Virus record (IMG/VR): IMGVR_UViG_3300037041_002705
Location: 69,674 to 133,673 of that record
Direction: 5' to 3' (one strand)
From: a virus
DNA length: 64,000 nt
Below the pieces are notes generated by a model, which was given only the letters and a program-made list of their open reading frames with translations, was not told the DNA's origin and ran no database searches. This document shows positions 47,101-57,200 of this stretch, piece after piece (within the stretch, counting starts at the first letter, position 1; the number at the start of each line of letters is the position of its first letter). The position numbers and the translations under genes are program-made.

Positions 47101-50100
47101 ATGGAACGCTCTATCTGTACTCCCCTGTTTCACAGACAGATGTCTCAGTCGGCCTGTATTTTTCCTATGGAACGATAACACAGATGGAAATAAATGGGGC
47201 TTCATTGAAGCCTACATCCGTCACAAAGGATTCAACAACATTTTCTGCAGATTACTATGTGTATGACATAGAATCCCTGAAAGACAAGAGGCTTTACTCA
47301 ATAGAACGACAGTTCCTCTCAAGCCTTGAAAATGGAACAAAGATACTCTCAAAGAGCGGAACACCATCAACTGTCTCACTTTGGAACAACAGATCATATG
47401 GGATTCCAAACATCAAATCTATAGTTGAGGACGGTGAAGAAATGGTCCTCATAAAGTTTGATGGTGACAATGAGCCAAGCCTCTTGAACGGAAGGCTTCA
47501 ACTGGTAAACACAAACACAGTCTCACTGTCGCTTGTTTCATTCTATGATCTTATTGATCTTGACTTCTTTGAAGAGATACCGCTAAGGCTTGGATCTAAT
47601 ATTGATGGCTTCAACATGGCTTTCAGCTCCGACGCATCAATATTCTCACAAAAGCAAAAGACGATAAAGACCATAAACACCGCAACTGCATCAAGCAACC
47701 AAAAGACTTTGCTGCTGTCGGTTAACATTGCTGAGAACATATATTCAGACTGGAAGAACTGGGATCCATCAAACAACCCAGACTTCTTGGCATATGGAAC
47801 GCCAAGAGGAACAACTGTGCCATCTGACACATTTCCTATCTCATGGAACCCTTCATATGGTTTCAAGATGCAGTATCTTAATCCAGAAGGAAAATGGGTT
47901 GATTACCCACTAAGCTATCCAACGGTAAAGATGGAGACGCCTGTGGTCAAGATGTACAGCGTTGTTCCTAGCAAAGATCCAATGTGGGAGATAACTTTCT
48001 CTGATCCTGCGCTTAGCCCAGAGTTTGATTCTTCATTTGGCGATGTAAATGCAGTATTCAATGCCATGACATTGTACATGTATACCTCATCGTTTAGCGA
48101 GAGGCTCAGGGCATTCTCAGAGATAAAGAGGCTTGTTTCCTATTCTTTCAAGGAGCTGTCAAAGGAGAATGTAGAAGCATCCGATGATTCAGCGCTGTAT
48201 GTACATAGGATTGTTTTATCAATAGATGATGAGCACAGGGACTACAGATACATCGCAACATTTCCTGAAGGAACCTACACAGTAAAGGAAGAGGATGTTA
48301 TTAGCGTCGTTGGCGGAAAGCCTGAGCAGGACAAGAAGCTAACGGGCGTTCCAAAGGAAAATGTCACATCCAATTTTGCTGCATCCCTGACGTCTTCCCA
48401 GAACAAAACAAGGATGAGCGCAGGAAGATGGAAGAAGAGGAATGCAACAAACGTGGACTTCATGCCATATCTGATAAATGTTGATCCTCTCCTGCTTCCA
48501 TACGACATGTTTGTCAATGGAACTGAGACAGGTCTTTCAACAAGTGCTTTCTCTCTTGACTGGTACCTCATATCAGGATGGCCAAAGTTTGAGCCTCTCA
48601 CGAATGTTAAGAACAACTATCAGTACATTGGAAAGAGGGTCAACCTCGATGACCTTAAGTCTGTGGAGTATGACTACTTCACTGAATACCTGACAGTAGG
48701 CCACGGTGAAGAGACGTTCATAAATGGCTCTGAAAGGGAGAAGAAGTTTCTTTGGACTGCCATAGAGTCCGGGGCAAACGGGTACACAACGACATTTAAG
48801 GGAATTCCACTGCAGTTCACGTCTCCAAAGTTGAACATCAACGGAACCAGGTTTGCTGCAATACTCCAGATTGAAAACGATCTTGAAGTTCCAACAAAGA
48901 CCACGCTTGTGTACAACCAGCAGTGGAACTGCCTGACGCTCTTTGTTCAGATAAACATAGACTCATATTTCATAGATGGATCTATAGGACTTGAACAGCT
49001 GTATCAACTCAGAGTCAATCTGGCAAGGACCGATTCGTCTGCGCTTTATGGCCCAATGATTGTCTATGGCGCAGAGACGCTTTCTTTCAACAAGGTTGAT
49101 AGAGCATACAACGAACAGGAGATTGTTGTAACAAACCAGCCAGTTCCATCTGACGACTACTACGAATACAACCAATACCAATACGACAAGATCACAACCA
49201 TAAAGTACGATGAATCTGCAAAGGACATTGAACTGTTTGGGGTCAGATATTTCCCAAATGTTGATTATCTCATATCTGGAACAATATTCTTTGGCACAAA
49301 GGATGAGATGACGATAAATCTCGTTGTTCCAAAGTCTAGGATCAGAGGCGTATTTGATCCTTCAATAGGCCGAGAGAGGATGTTCATAGATGGACTGTAC
49401 GGCGATGATTTCTTTGCAGTTGTTGCAGACATAGATGGAGCGCCAATTGCAACCTATGCAAACTTTGTTTCCGCAAACACGATAACAATAGACGGCATCA
49501 GTTCAAACACAATGGTATACAATTCAAAGGTGTATGCAGTAGGCGACTGGCCAGTTTATAGAGAGCTTGTGAACGATGTGTCTGTTTCATCGATCATGTC
49601 AAGGATGGAATCATTTGATTTCGATGATGTGCTCGTCTCAACGGATTCTTCTCTATCAAAGACGAATATGACCATGTCATATTTTAAGCCTCCTGTCATA
49701 AGACCTTCAAAGACGAAGAACGCATCCGTTGACGAATTTGGCAATGTATCTGTGCAAGAGAAGGAGAACACAATAAACCTGTTCAGGCTTGATGGCGGCT
49801 TTGAGCCTTCATACAAGAACATTGTAGGTTTTGCTGCTTCAGAGGATCTGTCAATAACAAAGCAGCTACTAAATTCCTTTAAGGGCTACAACACCCAGGT
49901 CATAGGTGTTAACCTGACAAACATATGGTACAGGCGTGTTTCCGATCAGGGCGTTAACAGCGGAAACATCAACATCAACGGAAACATACTCAGGGTCCCA
50001 TATGCACTTGGAAGAAAGACGGCATCACCACTTCTGAACGTATGGGCAGAAGACTTCTATAGCAAGGCTGCTGATAACTTCATAGATGTTCCAATTGAGG

Positions 50101-50609
50101 GAATACAGGATCCTAAGGACTACAAGTTCTTCCTTTCATCAAAGGTCATGTCTGTTCCATCCTTCTTTAGGACGTCAAACTATTCATTATTGGATTCATC
50201 TGTGCCTTCCAACCATGCAGATGCGTCTGTTTCTTACATAGCAGGTCAGACGAGGCTCACCATCCAGGTTGACTTTGAGAAGGTCATATCAGACCAGCTC
50301 TTCAATGCAGGGGTGTTTGAATTCTTTTCTTCTATATGGGACAGTCTTGAGACAAGTTTGAGCCCTTATGATATTTCGAAGGAATATATAGAAAGAAATC
50401 TCTTGGGCAGGTATAGTGTTGAAAGCATAGATGTGTATCAAAGACCATCTGAAAGGACTGAAGTGGTGTCCACAATCGGAAGCCCTGAACTGGAAGGCTT
50501 TGTGTTTGACAACACCATAGGAATACAGACCAGCAGGTTCTTTGATTTCAGCATTCCAATAGATGGATCAAAACAAATAGTGCTTGCATTCAATATAAAA
50601 CGAAGATAA
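44136..50609 (+). CDS. Very large (2157 aa) putative virion/baseplate protein
   Basis: Uninterrupted 6.5-kb beta-rich ORF in the structural module. Confidence 0.65.
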   Translation: MKVYTNKFSDSFYLPVTNNSCRDELGYQATVNDTYGLLSIENTVGPGPKRDVYITVPKVPSNLIAQGTLYAKKRDSGEYYLEIEVQNSIFKVYENGKRFYLFYSDGSYSEIYVDFIGYDGEFPDFLIDQKSLKKLLGSSSLPTTSTPVLLNSPYSISTEFETRNFLKIKTLTTVKGQQSASVTLRGLQTNGQVFVYDFIIDPVDPPVHATDQPPLGIKSTETSQLARSFIPVSSVVTLQVNSAGELYMDKLYSGSTAAQAGYRRRCTNLGFEKDLSRFCSSIPKPSLYSFNEEDFKSSTPNLSDQYFTDVNAGVSINIETDEGFRFFAPLWLKDRVPSYFAIFRRSATNNSEDLLDGASLVKLIDIQKTELGPYLNNLMKNENFMKAPLDVAIDQSYSLKWNGVSVDSGYWITHTEFIGIDIQDGLSDFEFNEILSGGFSRGSIVNPQFLNIEFLFDDNGAKLYDVNQYFGMYCDDVELSRFIPNVDSTSTLFRQNETRVSSNTDFNSSVISNTEGVKLVVDLNATPDRSFNVSDPSTMLVNSIKVSSRYNVSISATTQSSRALRITFTSDSDITTKFVQGSIVRLEDENKNFVAYVTVDSSSYSSLEKKMTVNFVENDTYSKLGLNYWINVFDFSPDPSPSIHGRMRFDCQDVSKSRCIIISNEDLLGNPIEQWISSVVDVESKFRDSLVLFDKSSSAYAILLASSISTEQDYIKVFFDVLEAKDPFVEGDDVFINISEYDIDGAIPGPAVINSSTRKFLLKTKSDAYSVKSFDFSNYKNSVVGIVSLDSTTFNLGSIVGTTSSTNIPVEIVDVPYTGIGIKFPSTISESVSYGDRITVEQKIGSSKRRWSVIRSSADGPQVSKIPGAVTEISIVQETFVSNDSYTGFEIEPGTYFPVRFDSFELVNSTSGQSNITLEFVSAEEQDNGNYLLTFANKNVGTDYEALKVTIPDTDFTYFNYTPTDSLETVVAVAFQRFIDCPFRSATGNGTLYLYSPVSQTDVSVGLYFSYGTITQMEINGASLKPTSVTKDSTTFSADYYVYDIESLKDKRLYSIERQFLSSLENGTKILSKSGTPSTVSLWNNRSYGIPNIKSIVEDGEEMVLIKFDGDNEPSLLNGRLQLVNTNTVSLSLVSFYDLIDLDFFEEIPLRLGSNIDGFNMAFSSDASIFSQKQKTIKTINTATASSNQKTLLLSVNIAENIYSDWKNWDPSNNPDFLAYGTPRGTTVPSDTFPISWNPSYGFKMQYLNPEGKWVDYPLSYPTVKMETPVVKMYSVVPSKDPMWEITFSDPALSPEFDSSFGDVNAVFNAMTLYMYTSSFSERLRAFSEIKRLVSYSFKELSKENVEASDDSALYVHRIVLSIDDEHRDYRYIATFPEGTYTVKEEDVISVVGGKPEQDKKLTGVPKENVTSNFAASLTSSQNKTRMSAGRWKKRNATNVDFMPYLINVDPLLLPYDMFVNGTETGLSTSAFSLDWYLISGWPKFEPLTNVKNNYQYIGKRVNLDDLKSVEYDYFTEYLTVGHGEETFINGSEREKKFLWTAIESGANGYTTTFKGIPLQFTSPKLNINGTRFAAILQIENDLEVPTKTTLVYNQQWNCLTLFVQINIDSYFIDGSIGLEQLYQLRVNLARTDSSALYGPMIVYGAETLSFNKVDRAYNEQEIVVTNQPVPSDDYYEYNQYQYDKITTIKYDESAKDIELFGVRYFPNVDYLISGTIFFGTKDEMTINLVVPKSRIRGVFDPSIGRERMFIDGLYGDDFFAVVADIDGAPIATYANFVSANTITIDGISSNTMVYNSKVYAVGDWPVYRELVNDVSVSSIMSRMESFDFDDVLVSTDSSLSKTNMTMSYFKPPVIRPSKTKNASVDEFGNVSVQEKENTINLFRLDGGFEPSYKNIVGFAASEDLSITKQLLNSFKGYNTQVIGVNLTNIWYRRVSDQGVNSGNININGNILRVPYALGRKTASPLLNVWAEDFYSKAADNFIDVPIEGIQDPKDYKFFLSSKVMSVPSFFRTSNYSLLDSSVPSNHADASVSYIAGQTRLTIQVDFEKVISDQLFNAGVFEFFSSIWDSLETSLSPYDISKEYIERNLLGRYSVESIDVYQRPSERTEVVSTIGSPELEGFVFDNTIGIQTSRFFDFSIPIDGSKQIVLAFNIKRR

Positions 50610-50612
50610 GAT

Positions 50613-53243
50613 ATGTCAACAACCCCAATAAATCTTCTGTTAGTACAGTCATCAGACGGCTTGGCTCAAGCGTTTGATAAGATAAACTATAACTTCGAAC
50701 AGCTTGGCTTTGCTGGCGGCGGTCCTGCAGGAAAGAGGGGATTGACTGGCCTTCCTGGCATTTCAGGCCCTCCTGGACCTCCTGGACTTCCTGGTGCAAA
50801 GGGATCAAAGGGAGACAGAGGAAGCAGATGGTACACCGGCAGCGGTGCTCCTGCAAGCAACCTTACGCCAACTCCAATAAATTCAGACCTTTACATAGAT
50901 CTTGCAACATCTGATCTGTACCAGTATCTTGGAACAGCAGGCATATGGAGCAAGATAGGGACGCTATCAAGCAGCACAACAGGTGCCGGTGGAGGAAACA
51001 TCACATCTGATGGATTCTTCAAGAGATCAACGACCGGAAACACAGTCTTAAACGTAGTTGCATCAAACACACTTCTCCTGACAACAAACATCTCCGAAGC
51101 AGAGACGTCAGGAAACATAGGCGGCGCATACAAGCTTAAGGTGTTCAGCTCGGGAAACAACGCAAGGTTTGCTAACCAGTCGGCAAGGGAGACAAACACC
51201 GGATGGGATGCATATTCTGGCTACGTATTTAGTTCAAATTGGAACGTTGGAACCCCAACAGAGGAGACTCTCCTTCTGCAGGGACTCAGGAATGCAGACT
51301 ATGCAACGCATAAGCAGTACATAAACATCATATCAGACAGAACCATCATAAACAAGCCAGGAGACCAAGGCGCTGGATACAATGGGCCTTACTTCCTTCT
51401 TGCGGCAGGCGTTTCTGACATATCAACGGATACTCATACGTCTGGTCTCATCGGCGGCGTCGTTAGGTTCCTGTCTAACACAGATTCTAGTGGCACATTT
51501 ACAGATGGATCATTCAGATGGAATGGATCATCACAGAAGTTCCAGTATTTTGTCAGTGGCTCATGGGAGGACCTTTCACAGGATCCTATAACTCTTGATC
51601 CTACGCTCGGTGTGACCATAACTGCAGGTTCATCTGGCGTTGGTCAGGCTGTGGTAAACCTGACAAGCCCTAGCACATCGTTCTCTACGACATCTGTGAC
51701 AATCAAAGCAGGTGCAAACATAAGCATCGCAAACGTTGCCGGCGCGATATCCATATCGAGCACAGGAGGAACTGGCGGTCTTACTAACTCGTTTGCAAAT
51801 GTCGTGATAACACCAGAGGGGCAATCTCCTTCAACACTCAGAGCAAGCGGCGAAGACACACTTAACCTGAACCTCACTGACGATTTTACAGCAAGCATCG
51901 ATGGGGCAACTAAGACCCTAAACCTTGGGGTAAATCCAGCTGCATTTGCATCATACCCAACGCTGATGAACTTCTTGGGATCAAGGATATCATACTCATC
52001 AAACTGGCTGCATCCTTCAAACCAGCTGGCATTCCCAAACAAGCTCGGACCAAACGATCCGATGAAATGGGGCGCAGATTATCTGACAGTTGCACAGGAC
52101 GCAGGAAGGTATGAACAGTTTGCAAATGTTCTTGCTTCTGCATGGAGGCCAGACATAAATCCGGCAAAGGGAAGCAACCTTATAACATCTAGGATATCCG
52201 CATGGGGATGGCCACAGAGCCAGGCATCTGATGCGTTTAAGTATCAGAAAGAGGTCATGTATGTGCCCCTCAGACAAAACAAGATCGGTGAGGGCGCAGT
52301 TGTTCCTACACAAAAGGTGGAATATGACTTCACTGATTTTCAGTCTCCTGCTCCTGCTGTAAGCAACCTTACTGCAGGCGTTACAGTGTTGAATAGCTCT
52401 GCGGTTGCTGATACAGTAACAGGAAGGCCATATGCGCTTCCTATAATCCCAACTCGTTCTCCTGCGGTCCTGAATAAGATAAAGGCTGTCGCAAACAATG
52501 ACAGTAAGATATCATTCTATCGCGTCTCAGTTGTTGCATACGGATACGTGAACACTGTCCTTGGATCGAACACATTGCTTTCACAGGCTCAGCAGTCTTA
52601 CTTTACTGGAATAGGATCTCCTATTCCAATACACACTGCGGTTATGGTTTACGACTCTACAATACCTTGGAACCAGAGGCTTCCGTCTTCTGCTCCTGCA
52701 TACCCGTTCTATTCATCGTACTACAACAACACATCTGATGCAACATACTCATCTCCTGTTGTGTACTCATATCTTTCAACCCACACAAGGGAGTATGCGC
52801 CTGCGCAGTTCAATGAAGGGCTTCTTGGAAGCCAGGCCGTTGGCGCAGGACCAAATGCAATAAACCCTAACGCAGGAATAGACAATGACTACATCGCAAT
52901 AAATGCACAAGGAGACAGGATATTCACAAGCGGCGTGAACATAAACCAGGCCGCTGGCCAGTTTAATGGAGGAAACACAGTGTTCTGCAACCATATAATA
53001 AAGGTTGAGTCATCAGACATCATTCCACTTAGGTTCAATGAGGTTGCAGAGGTTGCCTTCATCATGGAGAAGCAGATAGATGTGACATCAAACACGTTTT
53101 TCTCAACAACACCGGATTCAACAGTCTATAATCCATTGAATGTTCCTGAAGGAAGCCCTCTTCTGAACCTAAAGGTTCTAAGGGCCGGAATAAACATGGT
53201 ATACGCACACGTTAACTTTGAACTTATAGGAGTAAAGGGATGA
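50613..53243 (+). CDS. Tail fibre protein with short collagen-like segment
   Basis: N-terminal DKINYNFEQL, then GPAGKRGLTGLPGISGPPGPPGLPGAKGSKGDRGSRWYTG; Gly/Thr/Ser-rich. Confidence 0.75.
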   Translation: MSTTPINLLLVQSSDGLAQAFDKINYNFEQLGFAGGGPAGKRGLTGLPGISGPPGPPGLPGAKGSKGDRGSRWYTGSGAPASNLTPTPINSDLYIDLATSDLYQYLGTAGIWSKIGTLSSSTTGAGGGNITSDGFFKRSTTGNTVLNVVASNTLLLTTNISEAETSGNIGGAYKLKVFSSGNNARFANQSARETNTGWDAYSGYVFSSNWNVGTPTEETLLLQGLRNADYATHKQYINIISDRTIINKPGDQGAGYNGPYFLLAAGVSDISTDTHTSGLIGGVVRFLSNTDSSGTFTDGSFRWNGSSQKFQYFVSGSWEDLSQDPITLDPTLGVTITAGSSGVGQAVVNLTSPSTSFSTTSVTIKAGANISIANVAGAISISSTGGTGGLTNSFANVVITPEGQSPSTLRASGEDTLNLNLTDDFTASIDGATKTLNLGVNPAAFASYPTLMNFLGSRISYSSNWLHPSNQLAFPNKLGPNDPMKWGADYLTVAQDAGRYEQFANVLASAWRPDINPAKGSNLITSRISAWGWPQSQASDAFKYQKEVMYVPLRQNKIGEGAVVPTQKVEYDFTDFQSPAPAVSNLTAGVTVLNSSAVADTVTGRPYALPIIPTRSPAVLNKIKAVANNDSKISFYRVSVVAYGYVNTVLGSNTLLSQAQQSYFTGIGSPIPIHTAVMVYDSTIPWNQRLPSSAPAYPFYSSYYNNTSDATYSSPVVYSYLSTHTREYAPAQFNEGLLGSQAVGAGPNAINPNAGIDNDYIAINAQGDRIFTSGVNINQAAGQFNGGNTVFCNHIIKVESSDIIPLRFNEVAEVAFIMEKQIDVTSNTFFSTTPDSTVYNPLNVPEGSPLLNLKVLRAGINMVYAHVNFELIGVKG

Positions 53244-53473
53244 CAAACGAAGAAACTCTAGAAGCAATGGATATAATAAGGGCTTATGAGTATCTGAACC
53301 AAGAACTACAGATGGCACTTGATTCGCTAACAGATCTACAAAAAAAGAAAGACAATCTCATAGAAAGGCTTGAAGGTCTCAAGATTCAAGAGTTGGATTT
53401 CATGTCGAGGTACAGAGAGAAGTATGGCGACAAGAACTTTTTGGAGGATCTAAATTTGGAGACACAACGATGA
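53240..53473 (+). CDS. Small coiled-coil hypothetical protein
   Basis: 77-aa ORF with ATGA overlaps on both sides. Confidence 0.7.
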   Translation: MTNEETLEAMDIIRAYEYLNQELQMALDSLTDLQKKKDNLIERLEGLKIQELDFMSRYREKYGDKNFLEDLNLETQR

Positions 53474-54210
53474 AGGAAAGACTCACGTACATAATCTCAA
53501 TAGCTGTGTTGCTGGTTGCCCTTGCTTTGATGGCAAAGGACTGCTCTTCAAAGAATGAACTTCTGAATATGGCAAACCAAAATGCAGAAGCATTGATGGA
53601 CTCAACGAGACTGACGAAAAACAAGCTCGACCAGGAGCAGTACGAGAAGAAGATATTCATGTCCGATGTCGAAACGCTAAAGAAACTGAATTCGGATCTA
53701 ATCAAAGAGGCGGATGCACAAAGAGGAAACACCCGTGTCATAACAAAGATAGTCACAAAGGTTGTCTTTGATACGATAAGGATGGACAACAAGGTAGACA
53801 GGCTTGATGATTCAACGTTTGTCATAGGCTTTTCATACAAGAAAGACTTTGATAGTGTCAATTCAATGGCCTTCAATGGAAATGTCCCAACAGTCGTTTC
53901 AATCGAAGAAGGAAAGGTTTCACTGAAATCGAATTCAACTACCATATCAGATATGTCAATGAGCATGAAGCTCTACACTGGTATCAAAGAAGAAGGAGGA
54001 ACGTATAGCATATTTGCAAGGACGGATTTTCCTGGTGTGAAGTTTGACCTGGATGGGGCTGTAATAGATCCGGAGAAGAGCTTCATCAACAAGAAGACGC
54101 CATTTTCTGTGATGCTCGGCGGCGGCATCGGCTACGGCCTAACATCAAATGGAACGGGCGTGTTTCCAAGCGTCGGCGTGTTTGTCGGCATAAACTTATT
54201 TCATTTCTAA
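53470..54210 (+). CDS. Membrane-anchored protein, candidate spanin
   Basis: N-terminal TM helix (YIISIAVLLVALALMA), coiled coil, C-terminal amphipathic beta-hairpin ending in Phe. Confidence 0.55.
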   Translation: MKERLTYIISIAVLLVALALMAKDCSSKNELLNMANQNAEALMDSTRLTKNKLDQEQYEKKIFMSDVETLKKLNSDLIKEADAQRGNTRVITKIVTKVVFDTIRMDNKVDRLDDSTFVIGFSYKKDFDSVNSMAFNGNVPTVVSIEEGKVSLKSNSTTISDMSMSMKLYTGIKEEGGTYSIFARTDFPGVKFDLDGAVIDPEKSFINKKTPFSVMLGGGIGYGLTSNGTGVFPSVGVFVGINLFHF

Positions 54211-57200
54211 TGCCTAAGTCAAGACTAGTAAAGCTAAACGATTATGCTCTTCTGGAGCTGACGTATGAAGAATCAACCATAAACACCGATTCATCGGGGT
54301 TTACGATCATAGACAACACGATCCAGGCGTACCTTCAGGTCCTGAATGACAACAATTCAAGCAAGGCAACCGGAAATGTCCTGGATAGATCTTCTGTCCA
54401 GATAGGAACAAATCAGTGGGTGCGAACCGAACAGGATGTTGCGATCCCGTATCTCAGCACTGATCAGAGGTTTGATGTCACAAGCTTGGCAACAGAGGCG
54501 CCATTGTTACAGTGGAACGTCACGTATGACAGGGTAAGGGTTCACATACTTTCTGGATACACGTTTACTGCATCGAGCGGTTTTGTTCTTGAGACTTCGT
54601 ATCCAGAGGCAAACGGAACGAAGAACACCAGGGTTTCTTTGGAGACGTATGTTAACGGAGACGATTACATAGTCTTCAACACGCGCCCTCTTGTCATGAA
54701 TGGTGCAAACTATGACAAGTACATAGAGTTCAAGATACCTTCGCTGTCTGACATGATAACGGAGTACAATGCAGCTGTCGACAAACAGGATGCAATTGCA
54801 TACTACCTCACATCTGATAACAGTGGATTTTTAACAGAAGGCCTGATTCGCTTTGACTTCTATGAGATAACAGAGGTCAACAACATCAATGGGTATGATT
54901 ACCTTACGACTGGCGTTCCAACGTACGTCTCAGTAGAGCCACAGGATCAGTTCTCAAACCTTGCAGCGGTCATAACCCAGCAGGGAGACTACTTTGAGTA
55001 CTACCCAACATGGGACGATGCCTTCATTGCAGATTACATAGCAATACTAAATGAGACAAAGGGCAGGTACGTTGTCATACATGAGCTGACAGTGTCTGAG
55101 CAGATAGGATTCTCACAGATATACAGCAGCAGCAACGTCATACTGCAGACAAGTGACTTTGATCAGCCATCACTTTTCAAGCCAATACTTAAGAATGCTG
55201 ACACTGCATTCTCGTTTTCGGTCGACTACACAATGAGGCTCACGAATGAGACTGATGGCAGCCAGATAATAAGGACTGCATCTGTCACATCGTTTGAGCC
55301 TAAGAGGTTTGGAAAGAACTCCCTGAAGCTAAACGTCAGAGAGGATGTCATTCCTTACAAGGTCTACAACAAGGTCACAAATGGGCCTGTGTTCAACCTT
55401 CCAGTTTCAAAGCAGGACATAAGGATCCAGAGGATAATAGCACCTTCGTTCTATGAGAACAACAATGTTTCTGTTTCAACAGGAAAGATGTTCATAGACA
55501 AGGCAGGCCAGTTCATACCAGAGGACCTGTTTGAATGGGACATCATATTTGGTCAGACAGAAGCAATAGTCCTTGTCAGTCCGTTTGACAACTACTTCAA
55601 GTTCAATGTGTTTAGGGTCACTCCCGATTCCATAGAATCATTGGATCTGTCAACTGCACAGGAGATAGACATCGTGTTTGAAACCACGTCTGGAAACAAA
55701 TACAGGTACTCTCTGTACCAACCGTTTCCTACTGACCAAACGACGGTGACCAACCAGATAAATGACACAAAGAGCGGCAAGCTGATATTCAGGGTCCCCG
55801 CAAACGATTCAGCCAGGATGATAGATGATCTTCCTGGAAAGTTCTACATCACTGTCAGAAACCAAAACATTGTAAAGGCCAGGGTTAGCCTTGACATTGC
55901 AAGCGATCTAAGAGGAAAAGAAGTAACAATTCCTTTCCCTGATTGGTCGCAGAAGTCAAAGGATGACCTCATAACAGTTTACAGCAACCTCAAGCCATAC
56001 ACGATAGAGAAGAGGTACCTAGAGGTCATAGAGGTTGTTCCAGACGGTCTTACCGGAGAAGAAACTGTTGTCTATAAGGGCAACGTTGATAAGATAGAGA
56101 ACTACCAGACTGTGCTAGATAAGGTAGATGAGCTAAGGAACAATTCTTTCCTTGCAAGGCTAAACTCTATAAAGGACAGAGAGGCTGTTCTAGATCAAAC
56201 AACAAAGAACCTAAATGTACGTGAGGCTCAGCTAAACTCAAAGGAGTCAACGCTAAAGGCGCTTGAGACTGCACTCCTTGGGCAGCAACAGACGCTCCAG
56301 GAGCAAACAGATGCCCTTGAAGATCAGCAGACAGAGCTCGACCGTAGAAATGCCTTGTTAAAGCAGAGGGAAGAGGAGCTAAGAAGGCTCATGGAAGAGG
56401 CAAAGAACGGTCAGTCTGATTCCGTAAAGGAACTTGCAGAAATAATCAAGTCGCTGAGAGAAGAGATAGAAAGGCTATCAAGATTGAATAGGGGTAATCA
56501 AGGAAATCAGGGAACGGGGAACCAGGGAACGGGGAACCAGGGGACCAACAACAAAAAGAACTTCTTAAACACCGACGTCCTGATAGATCAAGGAAACTTC
56601 TGGCAGGATCCGTTTGGCCCAGGTGGGTCTGCAAATCTTGGAGGACCACAAGGAGGAACAAACGCAAACACGACGACCAACGTCGTTTATGATGTCTACT
56701 ACGTCAACACAGATACGTTTGTTGGAAGGTATGAGATCCGTTCATTCTCTGCTTCTGGACTCACAGCTGAACAGAAGAAGCAGCTGTTTGACAAGGAGTT
56801 TGTAAACGATCCTAGAACAAACGGAGGGAAGTACACTGAACTCAAGAAGAAGCAGATAAGGACGTTCCAGGCAGGTGAAAAGTCATACAACTCAAAGTGG
56901 TTCGTAGAGAAGAGCAATACGTCAACAAATGATTCAAAGTCTGGAAGCACAACAGGGGCAAAGATCGCAGTGCTTGAGTTTCCAACCAGTGGATTTGTTT
57001 CTGTAGGAAACAATCCAAATGTCACAACTGTAATCTTTGATGATCAACCGGTCAATGCTTCATACACAAGAACAGTTGCATCACTTACAACGTTCAGGGT
57101 AGAGGTTGCATTGGATGATATGTACCAACAGGGCAAGAGTGATTTGGCAGCAGGAAAGAACACATTCCTTGCAGGTTACAGCAAGTACATAGATAGGCTC

